NCBI GenBank assembly: GCA_964016885.1
Contig: OZ024740.1
Span: forward strand, 21,576,001 to 21,640,000
Length of the DNA stretch: 64,000 nt
Source: Eledone cirrhosa
Taxonomy: Eukaryota
Reading direction: 5' to 3'
Part shown: one piece after another, positions 52,831 through 64,000 of the stretch
Layout: each line of letters opens with the position of its first letter
Position numbering within the stretch: position 1 is the stretch's first letter
Made by a program: the position numbers and the translations under genes
Notes under the pieces: generated by a model
The model's database searches: none
The model's input: only the letters and a program-made list of their open reading frames with translations
What the model was told of the DNA's origin: nothing

Positions 52831-53062
52831 TTGAATTAGTATGGTATAGACAAGTACATATGTTGTTTAGGTGTATGATATTGTCAATACTCTGATATGC
52901 CCAGTTCCTTGTTGGGTTGTTAATTCACTGGGGAACTGGAGTCATATATGACTCCAGTTCCCCAGTGAATTAACAACCCAACAAGGAACTGGGCATATCA
53001 GAGTATTGACAATATCATACACCTAAACAACATATGTACTTGTCTATACCATACTAATTCAA

Positions 53063-53117
53063 ACTGCCTGAAGAGGTCACAGCCAAAGATGGCTGTCACT
53101 GAAATATATATAGCAGT
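53063..53117 (+). ncRNA. Minimal type I hammerhead ribozyme motif
   Basis: ACTGC-CTGAAGA-GGTCACAGCC aaagat GGCTGTCACT-GAAA-TATATA-TA-GCAGT. Confidence 0.85.
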
Positions 53118-53258
53118 AATAAACGAAGCTAAATTTTAATCATTTGACTTTTATTTAACTTTATTTTACACTACTCCGGAGTAACCAAACCAACCTGCGC
53201 ACTTCGTCGAGTGCTCCAGCCTGCATACTGAGGTGTTGGTATACAACCAACATAAACT

Positions 53259-53326
<68 letters not shown>

Positions 53327-53624
53327 TTCAAGAGTAACCAATCTTAAAGAGGCAGATGGAGATAGGAGAGGAGAAGAGAGATTGGTGAATTAGTTAGAAG
53401 CCAAAGCGTAAAGGCATGTGCTCAATGTGCAATATGCAATGGAAGGCAGCTAGGTGGCTGGGTTCATGCAGAGGTTAGGTGCACAGAGCAGGAAATATTC
53501 ATTAGTTAAGGAAAGCAAGACCACAAATTCCACAAGGAAGACATTATTAAAAGATTGTCAACATAGTTTTAGTTTAATTTAAGGAATGTAGAGAATAATA
53601 ATAATAATAATATTAATAATGTCC

Positions 53625-53743
53625 GTTTACAATTGTTTCGCTACTCCATATAATGTTTCTGGATCAAATGATTATAGATCATTATTGATCTGGTTCAGTT
53701 GAAGATAATTAAATTAGGTACAATTAGAGCAGCTCATCGGAAC
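53625..53743 (-). ncRNA. Variant hammerhead motif (CCGAUGA core, extended stem II)
   Basis: Reverse-complement copy of 54473-54591. Confidence 0.5.
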
Positions 53744-54472
53744 TTCAAAGGGAATATAAATTAAAATAAAGAATGTTAGATGAATGTAATGTTCCATATA
53801 TTGGTATTTCACTATGGTTTCCTGGGTATATCTATTGTCTGCCATAGTCGAGTAGTATTCTTCTGTCGAGGCTGCATTGTGTGAGATCTGCCTATGGGTA
53901 ACAAGATGGCCGCCAATGGACATATTTACCTTACTAATTAGAGGGTGGTTTCAGGGGAAGTAACTCCTCGAGAAATTAGAAATTGTGGGTAGTTTATAGT
54001 TAAGAAGTGCTAATCTTTTAATTGAGATTAACGATAGAACGGAGGTAACTATTAGCTGTCAACATCGAATGGCTAATTCCTTCGCCAACAGAATATTTGA
54101 CCCAACATAGTCATCTAGTCCCATTTTTACTTATAGCTAATAAGTTAAATAGTTATAGCTAATTTGGATAATTATAAGTTACATTGTCTCTCAATTAAAA
54201 AATTAGCACTTCTTAACTATAAACTACCCACAATTTCTAATTTCTCGAGGAGTTACTTCCCCTGAAACCACCCTCTAATTAATAAGGTAAATATGTCCAT
54301 TGGCGGCCATCTTGTTACCCATAGGCAGATCTCACACAATGCAGCCTCGACAGAAGAATACTGCTCGACTATGGCAGACAATAGATATACCCAGGACACC
54401 ATAGTGAAATACCAATATATGGAACATTACATTCATCTACCATTCTTTATTTTAATTTATATTCCTTTTGAA

Positions 54473-54591
54473 GTTCCGATGAGCTGCTCTAATTGTACCT
54501 AAGTTAATTATCTTCAACTGAACCAGATCAATAATGATCTATAATCATTTGATCCAGAAACATTATATGAAGTAGCGAAACAATTGTAAAC
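54473..54591 (+). ncRNA. Variant hammerhead motif (CCGAUGA core, about 82-nt insert in stem II)
   Basis: GTT-CCGATGA-GCTGCT-[82 nt]-AGTAGC-GAAA-CAATTG-TA-AAC, with palindromic ACAATTGT stem III. Confidence 0.55.
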
Positions 54592-54717
54592 GGACATTAT
54601 TAATATTATTATTATTATTATTATTCTCTACATTCCTTACATTAAACTAAAACTATGTTGACAATCTTTTAATAATGTCTTCCTTGTGAAATTTGTGGTC
54701 TTGTTTTGTTTAACTAA

Positions 54718-54780
<63 letters not shown>

Positions 54781-54862
54781 AAAAGGTAAACAGAAATAAC
54801 AACACAATCGGTACAGTATATGGAAAGGATATATTAGGTTAACGCTTGATATAGCAGAAGAG

Positions 54863-54900
54863 GGTATTAACGTTTCGGACGCTAGTCCTTCATCAGAAGA
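54863..54900 (-). ncRNA. Hammerhead core with weak stem I (solo PLE pLTR remnant)
   Basis: Minus strand reads CTGATGA-A-GGAC tagc GTCC-GAAACGTTA. The segment is bounded by (TA)n tracts. Confidence 0.5.
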
Positions 54901-55099
54901 AAGAATGAGAAATAAGATAGATTGAGGGGACGGGCGGGTTGGAATTGGAAAAAATGTCTTTAGATAAAAATAACAGGTCCATTCATGATATATTATAGAT
55001 AACGAGGAATCAGTAATACATCAAACCACATATTACATATGTTTCTCCGCCGATCAGCTCGAGCAGGATCTGTTACAGATCGAACCCGACTCTGCATTC

Positions 55100-55218
<119 letters not shown>

Positions 55219-55437
55219 ATTACATGTCATATCGACCACATACCTTGTATATGTTTTCTCAATCTCTACCTTTCCAAACACAAGTTTGAATAGAAACAAA
55301 AATTAAACATAACCACACACGCAGTCCATAAGTTGTATATGTATTCGTAGATACCCAGTAACCCATTCGTAACACATTTTCTGCTGAATATGTCGGTACT
55401 TATGGTATAGAAAATGAAAGAATTATTATTGTTCCAG

Positions 55438-55595
55438 AGACGTAAAAGTGGAGTTTGCCCGACAGAAGATGGGGGGACGGTAAACGAGGGTTACAATGAG
55501 ATGGAAACTATTGATGGTTCAATGCAGAAGAGAAGAGATACTGAAACCTCCATAAGCAGTGAGCAAAGACGTGATCTAAACCGGAGGAAATCTAG
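55438..55595 (+). CDS. Exon D of the OxlT-like MFS transporter (hydrophilic central loop)
   Basis: ttgttccag|...AG|gtaagt. Reads RRKSGVCPTEDGGTVNEGYNEMETIDGSMQKRRDTETSISSEQRRDLNRRKS. It bridges the phase-0 end of exon C to the phase-2 start of exon E. Confidence 0.8.
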
Positions 55596-55610
55596 GTAAG
55601 TACAGAACTA

Positions 55611-56901
55611 TTGTAACATGGTTGTCACAGCAGGTAGGTGTAACATGGCTGACAGTAGAACAGTTGTAACATGGCTGTCACAGTAGGTAGGTGTAACATG
55701 GATATCAGAGCAGGTCAGTTGTAACATGGTTGTCACAGCAGGCCAGTTGTAACATGGCTATCACAGCAGGTCAGTTGTAACATGGCTGTCACAGTAGGAA
55801 AGTTGTAACATGGCTATCACAGCAGGTCAGTTGTAACATGACTATCACAGTAGGACAGTTGTAACATGGCCGTTACAGTAGGTAGGTGTAACATGGCTGT
55901 CACGGCAGGTAGGTGTAACATGATTCTCACAGTAGGACAGTTGTAACATGGCTGACACAGCAGGTAGGTGTAACATGGCTGTCACAGCAGGACAGTTGTA
56001 ACTTGTCTGTCACAGCAGGTGGGTGTAACATGGCTATCACAGCAGGTCAGTTGTAACATGGCAGTCACATGCTGTAGGTGTAACATGGTTGTCACAGCAG
56101 GTAGGTGTAACATGGCTGTCACAGCAGGATAGTTATAACATGGTTGTCAGAGTAGGACAGTTGTAACATGGCTGTCACGGCAGGTCAGTTGTAACATGGC
56201 TGTCACAGCAGGTCAGTTGCAACATGGCTATCACAGTAGGACAGTTGTAACATGGCTGTCACATTAGGTAGGTGTAACATGGCTGTCACAGAATGTCAGT
56301 TGTAACATGGCTATTACAGTAGGACAGTTGTAACATGGCTGTCACAGTAGGACAGTTGTAACATGGATGTCACAGCAGGATAGTTGTAACATGGCTGTCA
56401 CAGCAGGACAGTTGTAACTTGGCTGTCACAGCAGGTGGGTGTAACATGGCTATCACAGAAGGTCAGTTGTAACATGGCGGTCACATGCTGTAGGTGTAAC
56501 ATGGTTGTCACAGCAGGTAGATGTAACATGGCTGTCACAGTAGGTATGTTGTAACATGGTTGTCACAGCAGGTAGGTGTAACATGGTTGTCACAGCAGGT
56601 CAGTTGTAACATGGATGTCACAGCAGGACAGTTGTAACATGGATATCACAGCAGGACGGTTGTAACATGGCTGTCACAGCAGGTCAGTTGTAACATGGCT
56701 GTGACAGCAGGATAGTTATAACATGGTTGTCACAGTAGGGCAGTTGTAACATGGCTATCACAGTAGGACAGTTGTCACATGGCTGTCACATTAGGTAGGT
56801 GTAACATGGCTGTCACAGAATGTCAGTTGTAACATGGCTGTTACAGTAGGACAGTTGTAACATGGATGTCACAGTAGGACAGTTGTAACACGGCTGTCAC
56901 A
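55611..56901. repeat. 27/28-bp minisatellite (TGTAACATGGCTGTCACAGCAGGTCAGT / ...CAGGTAGG)
   Basis: About 46 tandem units beginning about 15 bp after the exon D donor. Confidence 0.96.
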
Positions 56902-57556
56902 CAAAGCATGGTGTCCGACCCTCTACTAATACTGTCAATAGTCTAATAATACGTTTCTTTCTGTGTTTTTAATTATTGATAATAGAAACAGATAAGAATA
57001 AGTGTACTTAGTTAAGTTGATAAACTTAGATAAGGAGAATAATCTATTTTGTAGAGGTTTTTCATCTCATAAGAAGGAACAACTATTTTTTACTATGAAA
57101 AAATCTTCTTGGCTTTCATTTTAAGTCCTTCAATAATTGGGACGAATGTACTCTTAGTTTGGTGATCCTTACCTTAAATAAGTCTTCTTCGAATTGTTGT
57201 TACAGTTGATTAAAAGGAGGGCATCTAAAGATTTTATATCCAAAGTAATTATAACAATTTTCACGACAATGTCATTCTAGAAAGATAAGATTCCTTATCT
57301 GACCACTTTAATGAAGGTTCGGTTTTGTAAACAAGACATTTTTTCAAATTAAATTGTCTGTGGTTGGGGAAAGTAATTGGCGGGCAATACAGTGTTTCTT
57401 ATGTCCAAATCGAGTTGGTGTTTCTATATATATCAGATATGGTAGTTAGGGTTCTATGAAGGAGTCAACTAAAAGAAGCTTGGTAACAAAATTAATTGTG
57501 CAGAAATATAAACACGACAACAGTGTTTATAAGTACTCACCATTATATGTAGAATG

Positions 57557-58460
57557 AAGGGCGGTGGATTGGCAGAATCGGTAGAGCATCGGACGACATA
57601 TCTAACGGCATAGGGTTACGGCTCTTTACATTTTGAGTTCAAATCCCGCCGATGTTTGCTTTGCCTTCCATCCTTACGAGGTCGATAAAATAAAGTACCA
57701 GTAAAGCACTGGGGTCGATTTAATCGACTTTCCCCTCTCCCCAAAATTGTTGGCTTTCGATCTAAATCAGAAACCATTATAATTAAAACAATGTTATCTC
57801 TGAGACGAAGCGAGAGTGTATTTGAAAACATATAGCAATGAGTTTTCTTATTTTTATATGTATAGCTGAGGTTGACTTTGCCTTTCATCCTTGCGGGGTC
57901 GATAAAATAAAGTACCAGTAATACACTGGGTAATTGCTGGCCTTGTGCCAAAAAGTAGAAACAATTATGTATCTTTATTTCGTGTTTTGTCATTGTATGA
58001 TATTTGTATTAAGGCGGCGAATTGGCGGAGTCGGTAGAGCGTTGGCTAGAATGAGTTGTGGTATTCATTTCAGATCTCTGCTTTCTGAGTTCAAATCCCG
58101 CCCAGGTTAACCTTGCCATTCATCCATTCAAAGTCGATATAAAAAAGTACCAGTTAAGTACTGGGGTCGGTTCTTCCTCTATATCTCTTTCCCACTTCCA
58201 TTCTCTCAACCTTTCTATCCTTCTCTGGAAGAAACCTGGAGAGGAGATGGGCTCCGCCAGGTTTACAAAATGCCCTAGAAACGCCCCTACGACTCACCCA
58301 GGAGTTACGGGACCATACATGCAATATTTGTATTGACAGAATCGATAGTTCGATGTACCACACACCAAATGGTATTCTATCATATCTCAGCCATTTCCGT
58401 GATGCCAACTTTGTATTTCATCTTTGAAGAGATAAATAAAATAAGTACTAACCAGATACT
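57557..58460 (+). mobile_element. Cluster of tRNA-derived SINE copies
   Basis: GGCGGTGGATTGGCAGAATCGGTAGAGC head, GAGTTCAAATCCCGCC B box and GTCGATAAAATAAAGTACCAGT core, at about 57557-57780, 57865-57968 and 58010-58172. Confidence 0.8.
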
Positions 58461-58868
58461 ATAGACCAGTGGTTCCCAAAGTGGATTCCACAAAACAGTG
58501 TCTGTGGTTCCGTAACAAAAGGTAGAGGAGTATATTTATATTACAACTATATAACAGTATTAGACTTTGTATGTTACAGCTCACCCCTATGTAGGTTTAG
58601 CTGGCCCCCTCCAAGGTATATCTCGTTGAAGGTGTCTTGGGTGATTTAATGATAGGTGCCCCGGTCCTATCATGGTAGAGGGGTATCTTTATATGACAAC
58701 CATATAACAGTATTAGACTTTGGGGTCCTCAAAAGTTTCTGAACCAAAAAGGGTTCCGCGTTTGAAAATGTTGGGGAACTTCTGCTATAGATCAATAGAT
58801 CCTTCTATATCCACCCCACTAAAATGTGTAACCTCCGTCTGTCTATCTTACAATTCTTTATCAACTAG

Positions 58869-58998
58869 GTGTTCTGTAATGACAATACGTGAAGGAAAGA
58901 AACCGATGGATATGTTGAAGATGAAGTCGTTTTATATACTTTGGCTTCTCTTTGTGGCCGATGGTCAAAGTATGGTATTCATCTCCACTTTATATAAG
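58869..58998 (+). CDS. Exon E of the OxlT-like MFS transporter
   Basis: tcaactag|G...AAG|gtaaca. AG+G gives R, then CSVMTIREGKKPMDMLKMKSFYILWLLFVADGQSMVFISTLYK. Confidence 0.9.
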
Positions 58999-59119
58999 GT
59001 AACACACATAATAAACTTATTACCTGCGCATATATTGTATAAACCAACAAATTTCTTTATCATCTTCATACTACCTTCTTTATTTACAATACACTTACAC
59101 CTACATTATTATTATTACT

Positions 59120-60040
59120 AGCATAGTTACGTCCCTTTACGGTCTGAGTTCAAATCCCGCCGAGGTTAACTTTGCCTTTCATCCTTACGGGAGTCGATAA
59201 AATAAAGTACCAGTAATGCGCGTGGATGATTGCTGGCCTTGTGCCAAAAGTAGAAACAATTATTATTAGGGCAGCAGTAAGGGTGGTGGATCGACAGAAT
59301 CGCTAGAGCGTCGGGCACCATGCTTCGCAGCATAGAGTTATGGCCCTTTGCGTTCAGTGTTTAAACCCCTCCGAGGTCAGCTTTGACTTTCATCCTTACG
59401 AGGTCGATAAATAAAACACCAGTAATGTATTGGGGTCGATTTAATCGACAGTCCCCTCCTCCAAATTTGCTGGCCTTGTGCCTAAATCAGAAACTATTAT
59501 TATGAGGGCGGTGGGTTGACAGATTGCTGCCCTGATTCCTAAATTAGAAACAATAACTTTTCGGGGGAAGTGGATTGGTAGAGTCGTTAGAGCGTCGCAC
59601 AACATGCTTAGCAGTACTTCTTCCGGTTCTTTAATTTCTGAGTTCAAATCCCGTCGAGATTGGCTTTGCCTTTCATCCTTTCGAGGTCGATAAAATAAAG
59701 TACCAGTAACGCACTGAGGTCGATTTAATCCAATCCCCCCTCCAAATTGCTGGCCTTGTGCCTAAATCAGAAATTATTAAACTCTATGCCGTAAAGGGCC
59801 GTAACTCTATGCCACAAAGCATGTTGTCCGACGCTCTACCGATAGTGCCAATCCAACGCCTTCTAATAATTTCTGATTTAGGCACAAGGCCAACGATTTT
59901 GGTGGGGCGGGGAAGTCGATTAAGTCAAGACCAGTACATTACTGGTATTTTATTTTATCGCCCCAGTAAGGATGAAAGGCAAAGTTAACCTCTGCAGGAT
60001 TTCAACTCAGATCGTAAAGGGCCGTAACTCTATGCCATAT
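59120..60040. mobile_element. Dense cluster of SINE copies (three or four on +, two partial on -)
   Basis: Repeated GAGTTCAAATCCCG / CTTTGCCTTTCATCC / GTCGATAAAATAAAGTACCAGT / GGCCTTGTGCCTAAATCAGAAA, and their reverse complements. Confidence 0.82.
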
Positions 60041-60933
60041 TGAAAGCCAATGAGAGGCAGATTATGCATAACAGATCGGAGAGGAGTTGTACAAATCCAG
60101 TTGTAGTTTATACCTTTATAATTCGTAGAATAATGGGAAAAATTCAATGCTAGGAAGCTGTTAAAACAGCAAAATGCCGTCAATGACAGCTTCCTTGCGT
60201 TCAGTTCTTCCAATTCACTCAGAATTGTTACGTCCTGCAGAATATGTTTCAATATAAGCTTCATATATACAAAAGGGAAACACAAAAGGGAATCAAACCA
60301 ATCTACAACTTCAGTGGCACGTAACAATTCTGAGTGAATCAGCATTGCACAACTTAACAGTAAATCAAGTAGTGACGACACTGGACAATGCCATAGCGGT
60401 AAATATTGCAGATCTAAACTATAATAAAATAAGGAGTGCGGGACTGCGTCCAGAATATATTTTTTTTTATTCCGTTTGTAAAATAAGTTGGATTACTGTG
60501 AATAAATAATGAATGAATATTACATAATTTATCTACTAAATTTCATTATTCTTGATTAAATATAAATAATATTGTTGCTTATTTTAAGATTCACTTCTTT
60601 AAAATTGTCAAATGTCAATACTTCCGGTTAGCGATCGCTTAAATAAACATTCATATATTTCCGTCGCTAATTTTCTCCTAATGCAGTTTATATAGAATAT
60701 CGTCTTTTTTTAATGTATCATGGATTACGTTACTGATTACATAAGACAGTGTAACGCAGTCTTCATTCAATTTCTGTGTATATTGTCAATTACGATTTAT
60801 TTGATGTATCATATCTACATATATATATACTTGCGTATAATATCAATATACACACTACACATGCTAGCAGAAAACCACCCGATATTCGAGATAACTGTCT
60901 TTATATCTTTATATTTACAATAAATCTTGGCAG

Positions 60934-61056
60934 GCATTTGGACAGACCTTCATAAAGGACGATCAGTTCCTGTCATTAGTCGGAGCATTTGCGTCTCTCT
61001 GTAACGCAGCAGGACGTATTCTGTGGGGTGCCCTAGCAGATAGAACTTCATTCAAG
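60934..61056 (+). CDS. Exon F of the OxlT-like MFS transporter
   Basis: cttggcag|...AAG|gtaagt. Reads AFGQTFIKDDQFLSLVGAFASLCNAAGRILWGALADRTSFK, containing the MFS motif GRxxWGxLADR. Confidence 0.93.
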
Positions 61057-61075
61057 GTAAGTTGCCTTCCATTCA

Positions 61076-61298
61076 GTGTGTGTGTGTGTTGGTGCGTGTG
61101 TGTGTGTGTGCGTGTTGGTGGGGGGGGGGTTGCTGTGTGTGTGTTGGTGTGTGTGTTGGTGTGTGTGTGCTGGTGTGTGTGTATGTTGGTGTGTGTGTTG
61201 GTATGTGTGTGTGTTTGTGTTGGTGTGTATGTGTTGGTGTGTGTGTGTGTGTTGGCGTGTGTGTGTGTTGCTGTGTGTGTGTTGGTGTGTGAGTGTGT
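61076..61298. repeat. (GT)n / GTGTTG compound microsatellite
   Basis: Read directly. Confidence 0.9.
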
Positions 61299-61481
61299 AT
61301 GAAAGAGTATTTTATATAACCATACCCTACAACCCCAAGTATTGAGTATTCTGGTGAGTTTAAAACTGAATCCAGCCTGATTTATATATATATATATATA
61401 TTGGTAAACGGAAAAGAAAATGCTGACAATAAGTGAGAATTACCTGTGCCGCCCCAAAACATCCCAACTTCAGAATCTTTC

Positions 61482-61522
<41 letters not shown>

Positions 61523-61526
<4 letters not shown>

Positions 61527-62472
61527 GAGGTTATATTTAATTTGTTGGGATTCAACATACTTCCTTACTGTTTTTATAATATAATTAAGTAGTTATTCCT
61601 TTGTAAAGTCTCGTAAATTTTCATAAATTTAGAATTATTTGGATGTTTAAGTTTTGACTTACAACTATTAATAAATATAATTTTGCCAAACTTACTTTAA
61701 CTATACTAGATTTTCTCTAATGTAAAATACTATATATTTATTTAAATAATTTATAATCCGTAACATACACATATAAACCAATATATTATTACTAATTCAT
61801 CTTAATATAATATAAATACTTCTGTTTTATTTTTATTTTTACTTTTTAATATTAATATTAAATTAAATTTTTAATATTAAGGTAAATTTTAATCTTTAAT
61901 TTTGATTTTTAATTTTTAATTTTAATTTAATTTTTCAACTTATCATTATAAATATTATAATCACAACGTAATGAACTCTACATTCTAAATATTATTCTTC
62001 TATGTTAATCTTATTTCTTGTTTCACTTAGATATATTTACGCTCTATATTTTTCCATTAAAATTTATTTCTTCGTCCACTCTGACTATCTTCACTATCAC
62101 TATGTATAATCATTCTTTCTTTCCTCTTCTCTCTTTCTCCTTCCTTTTCTTTTTTCTCTCTCCCTTACATATCATCTTCTTCCAACAGTTTAATTTAAAT
62201 AAACCGTTATCTTTTCAACTTTTCGGACACTCATTTGCATACTCACTCATAACTTTGTATTACCATCAATAAAATATTATCTCCACTATCCAGGAAGCTC
62301 CAACCGTTAAGGTTGTCTTTTTTCCGGGTATGTCAATATTTATTTATAAAACAAATCTTTATTTTATCTGATGAAAGCGCACCATAATTTGCCTTGGTTG
62401 CCCTTGAAATATATATAATTAAATAAATATGGTTTTATAACTATAGTTTCCATTTATTAATATATTGTAAAT
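61523..62472. mobile_element. Diverged relative of the 49901-52578 PLE, non-coding remnant in (TA)n
   Basis: The left end GTTATATTTAATTTGTTGGGATTCAAC resembles 49907-49932. The right end AAATAAATATGGTTTTATAA.TATAGTTTCCATTTATT matches 52531-52568. Confidence 0.75.
62360..62425 (+). ncRNA. Minimal type I hammerhead ribozyme motif
   Basis: TATTTTAT-CTGATGA-AAG.GCACCA..TGGT.TGC.CTT-GAAA-TATATA-TA-ATTAAATA. Confidence 0.75.
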
Positions 62473-62489
62473 ATATATATATATATATG

Positions 62490-64000
62490 AGAGTATTGAA
62501 GTTTGCTTGAAGCATTGTGGAATAATAAGATAAATTTCTTTAAGTCGTTTGGAAGCCTCGACAATGCAGATGGGTAAATCTCCCGGTAACAAGATCCGGT
62601 GGTGGAGAGAGAGAGATGTAAGTTGGTGTACGTTGAGATGCGTGGCGTGTATAAGACTGTAACCTGTAGAGGAATGAAGGAATGAGCGTAAAGGATAAAA
62701 ATAAAAATAACAACACGAGAAAGAGTTACCTTGGGAGAGATTTAATTGTCCCTATATATTTCGGATTCACATCCATCAACTGGCGTTTTTTCCGGGGGGG
62801 GGGGGGGTTGTCTGTCGGAAAGGTGCGAAACGTGTCCTCCACTGTTCGTTGTTTTGAATATCTGAGGTATTCAGCAGAGCGCGCGTGCGCGTGAAATGGG
62901 ATCGGTCAGGCAGAGGTCAGCGGCTGAAGTAGTTCTTTCAATTGTGGGAGTGGGATGGCGCTAGCTGTCAGTGCATTCTCTGCCTGTTTGGTGAATGTTA
63001 CTGTGTGTGTGTGTGTGCGTGCGTTGTTTTCTCGCTTGAGTGTGTGTGTGTGCGCGTGTGTTGTTGCCTTGTTCCTCTGTATTGGCAGTGTAGTATGTTC
63101 GTATGGTGGAATGCTACTGTGTATGTGTGTGTGTGTGTGCGTGTGTTGCTCTCTCGCTTGTGTGTGTGCGTGTGTTGATGCATCGTTTGTTAACTTAAAC
63201 CAACCACCTCATTTCGCTTCTCTCGGATCGGTTGTTTAATTGTGGCCCTAGGTGTTTGATCCAAAGTGCTTCCTTGATACGTAACGTGCCGACGTTTCTT
63301 TCTGTCGCTAGAATTGTGACAATGGGCCTTCCGTCTTTGTTTCCGCATTTGGCTATGTGTTTCCGGAAAGACGAGGCCCTGGTTTTAGTGTGTTCCTTGA
63401 TCCGGATGTGCAACGGCCGGATTGTGCTATCTATATAGTATTGGTTGCACTTGTTACATTCTATCTTATACACGACGTATATGCGTAGGCAACAGTTCGC
63501 ATGGCGCATCGGGCAGTCCCTGAGGGAGCACACGTCAGTTGATTTCCCGGGTTTCCTTGAGAGGCATCTTCGCAGGGAGCGGCCCGAGTGGGCCAGGTGG
63601 ATGTCGAGGCCCTCCCTCCGTATAGCCTTGCGGATAGCGTTGGTGGTATTCTCGCCCAGGTGTGGCATTTTAAGGAAGCACTTGCCTTGGGTGCCTCTCT
63701 GTCTCTTGTGTCTGGTGTCTCCTACTCTGTCTGTGAGCGAGGTAGGGTACCCGTTCGTCTCCAGCACCTCGAGGAAGCGCTTGGTATGAGTGACACCACT
63801 CGCGGGATCGCTGCATCTGTTTTTGATTCGCGCTATCTCGTTCGTGATGTATCGACTTTTGGCACTGTTAGGGAGGGCGGACTTGTAGTGAACGAACAGG
63901 TCCCTGCAGGCTGCCTTTCGGTAGAAGTTGCGGTGGATCCCTCCCTGTTCCGTGATGTTTATTCGGAAGTCGAGGAGGGCAAGTGACCCGTCGTCGTTGG
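62490..64000 (-). mobile_element. Penelope-like retroelement 3' part, running off the window end
   Basis: RT thumb plus GIY-YIG coding frame followed by a 3' UTR/pLTR ending at (TA)n. A possible decayed hammerhead lies at about 62750-62785. Confidence 0.85.
63195..63998 (-). CDS. PLE ORF C-terminus: RT thumb + Cys linker + GIY-YIG endonuclease of the CCHH type (partial)
   Basis: One open frame: GSLALLDFRINIT...FYRKAACRDLFVHYKSALP...CSLRDCPMRHANCCLRIYVVYKIECNKCNQYYIDSTIRPLHIRIKEH...FRKH...LRIKEALWIKHLGPQLNNRSE. YIG appears as YID. Confidence 0.85.
   Translation of the reverse strand, partial: NDDGSLALLDFRINITEQGGIHRNFYRKAACRDLFVHYKSALPNSAKSRYITNEIARIKNRCSDPASGVTHTKRFLEVLETNGYPTSLTDRVGDTRHKRQRGTQGKCFLKMPHLGENTTNAIRKAIRREGLDIHLAHSGRSLRRCLSRKPGKSTDVCSLRDCPMRHANCCLRIYVVYKIECNKCNQYYIDSTIRPLHIRIKEHTKTRASSFRKHIAKCGNKDGRPIVTILATERNVGTLRIKEALWIKHLGPQLNNRSERSEMRWLV

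Larger units (their letters stand above)
53324..54724 (+). mobile_element. Extremely 5'-truncated PLE with about 533-bp inverted pLTRs (53495-54027 / 54189-54724), in (TA)n
   Basis: The spacer 54027-54110 reads INDRTEVTISCQHRMANSFANRIFDPT*, matching the LNxRx..CxHR C-terminus of the ORF at 51451-52190. Variant hammerhead motif in both arms. Confidence 0.8.

Noticed and set aside
53714-54502. Duplicated 69-aa ORFs (MSIGGHLVTHRQ...), and mirrored ORFs at 50073-50310 / 52138-52492
   Set aside because: They are by-products of the inverted pLTR arms and have no recognisable protein features.

Overview
Repeat-dense eukaryotic (animal) genomic DNA. The SINE families and (TA)n/(CA)n load suggest a coleoid cephalopod such as an octopod (inference). 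The window carries six internal + strand exons (37823-61056) of an OxlT/oxalate:formate-antiporter-like MFS transporter, most of them missed or only partly captured by the ORF track; the rest looks intronic. From left to right: a 14.6-kb 10-bp satellite; a 7.8-kb 30/33-bp minisatellite; an RTE LINE nested, with a 10-bp TSD, in an older Rex3/Expander-like RTE; a decayed composite Helitron followed head-to-tail by its own deletion derivative; a DD37D (maT) Tc1/mariner element; many tRNA-derived SINEs; and Penelope-like elements (PLEs). The most striking signal is at 35-63 kb: a cluster of (TA)n-flanked fold-back elements from at least five sequence families. Their arms carry minimal type I hammerhead ribozyme motifs (CUGANGA...GAAA...UA) with short palindromic stem III, usually one per strand. 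Two still hold GIY-YIG PLE coding remnants. One non-coding family occurs twice with the same fold-back point, once as a perfect 444-bp palindrome. All calls were made by eye, with no alignments or folding run.
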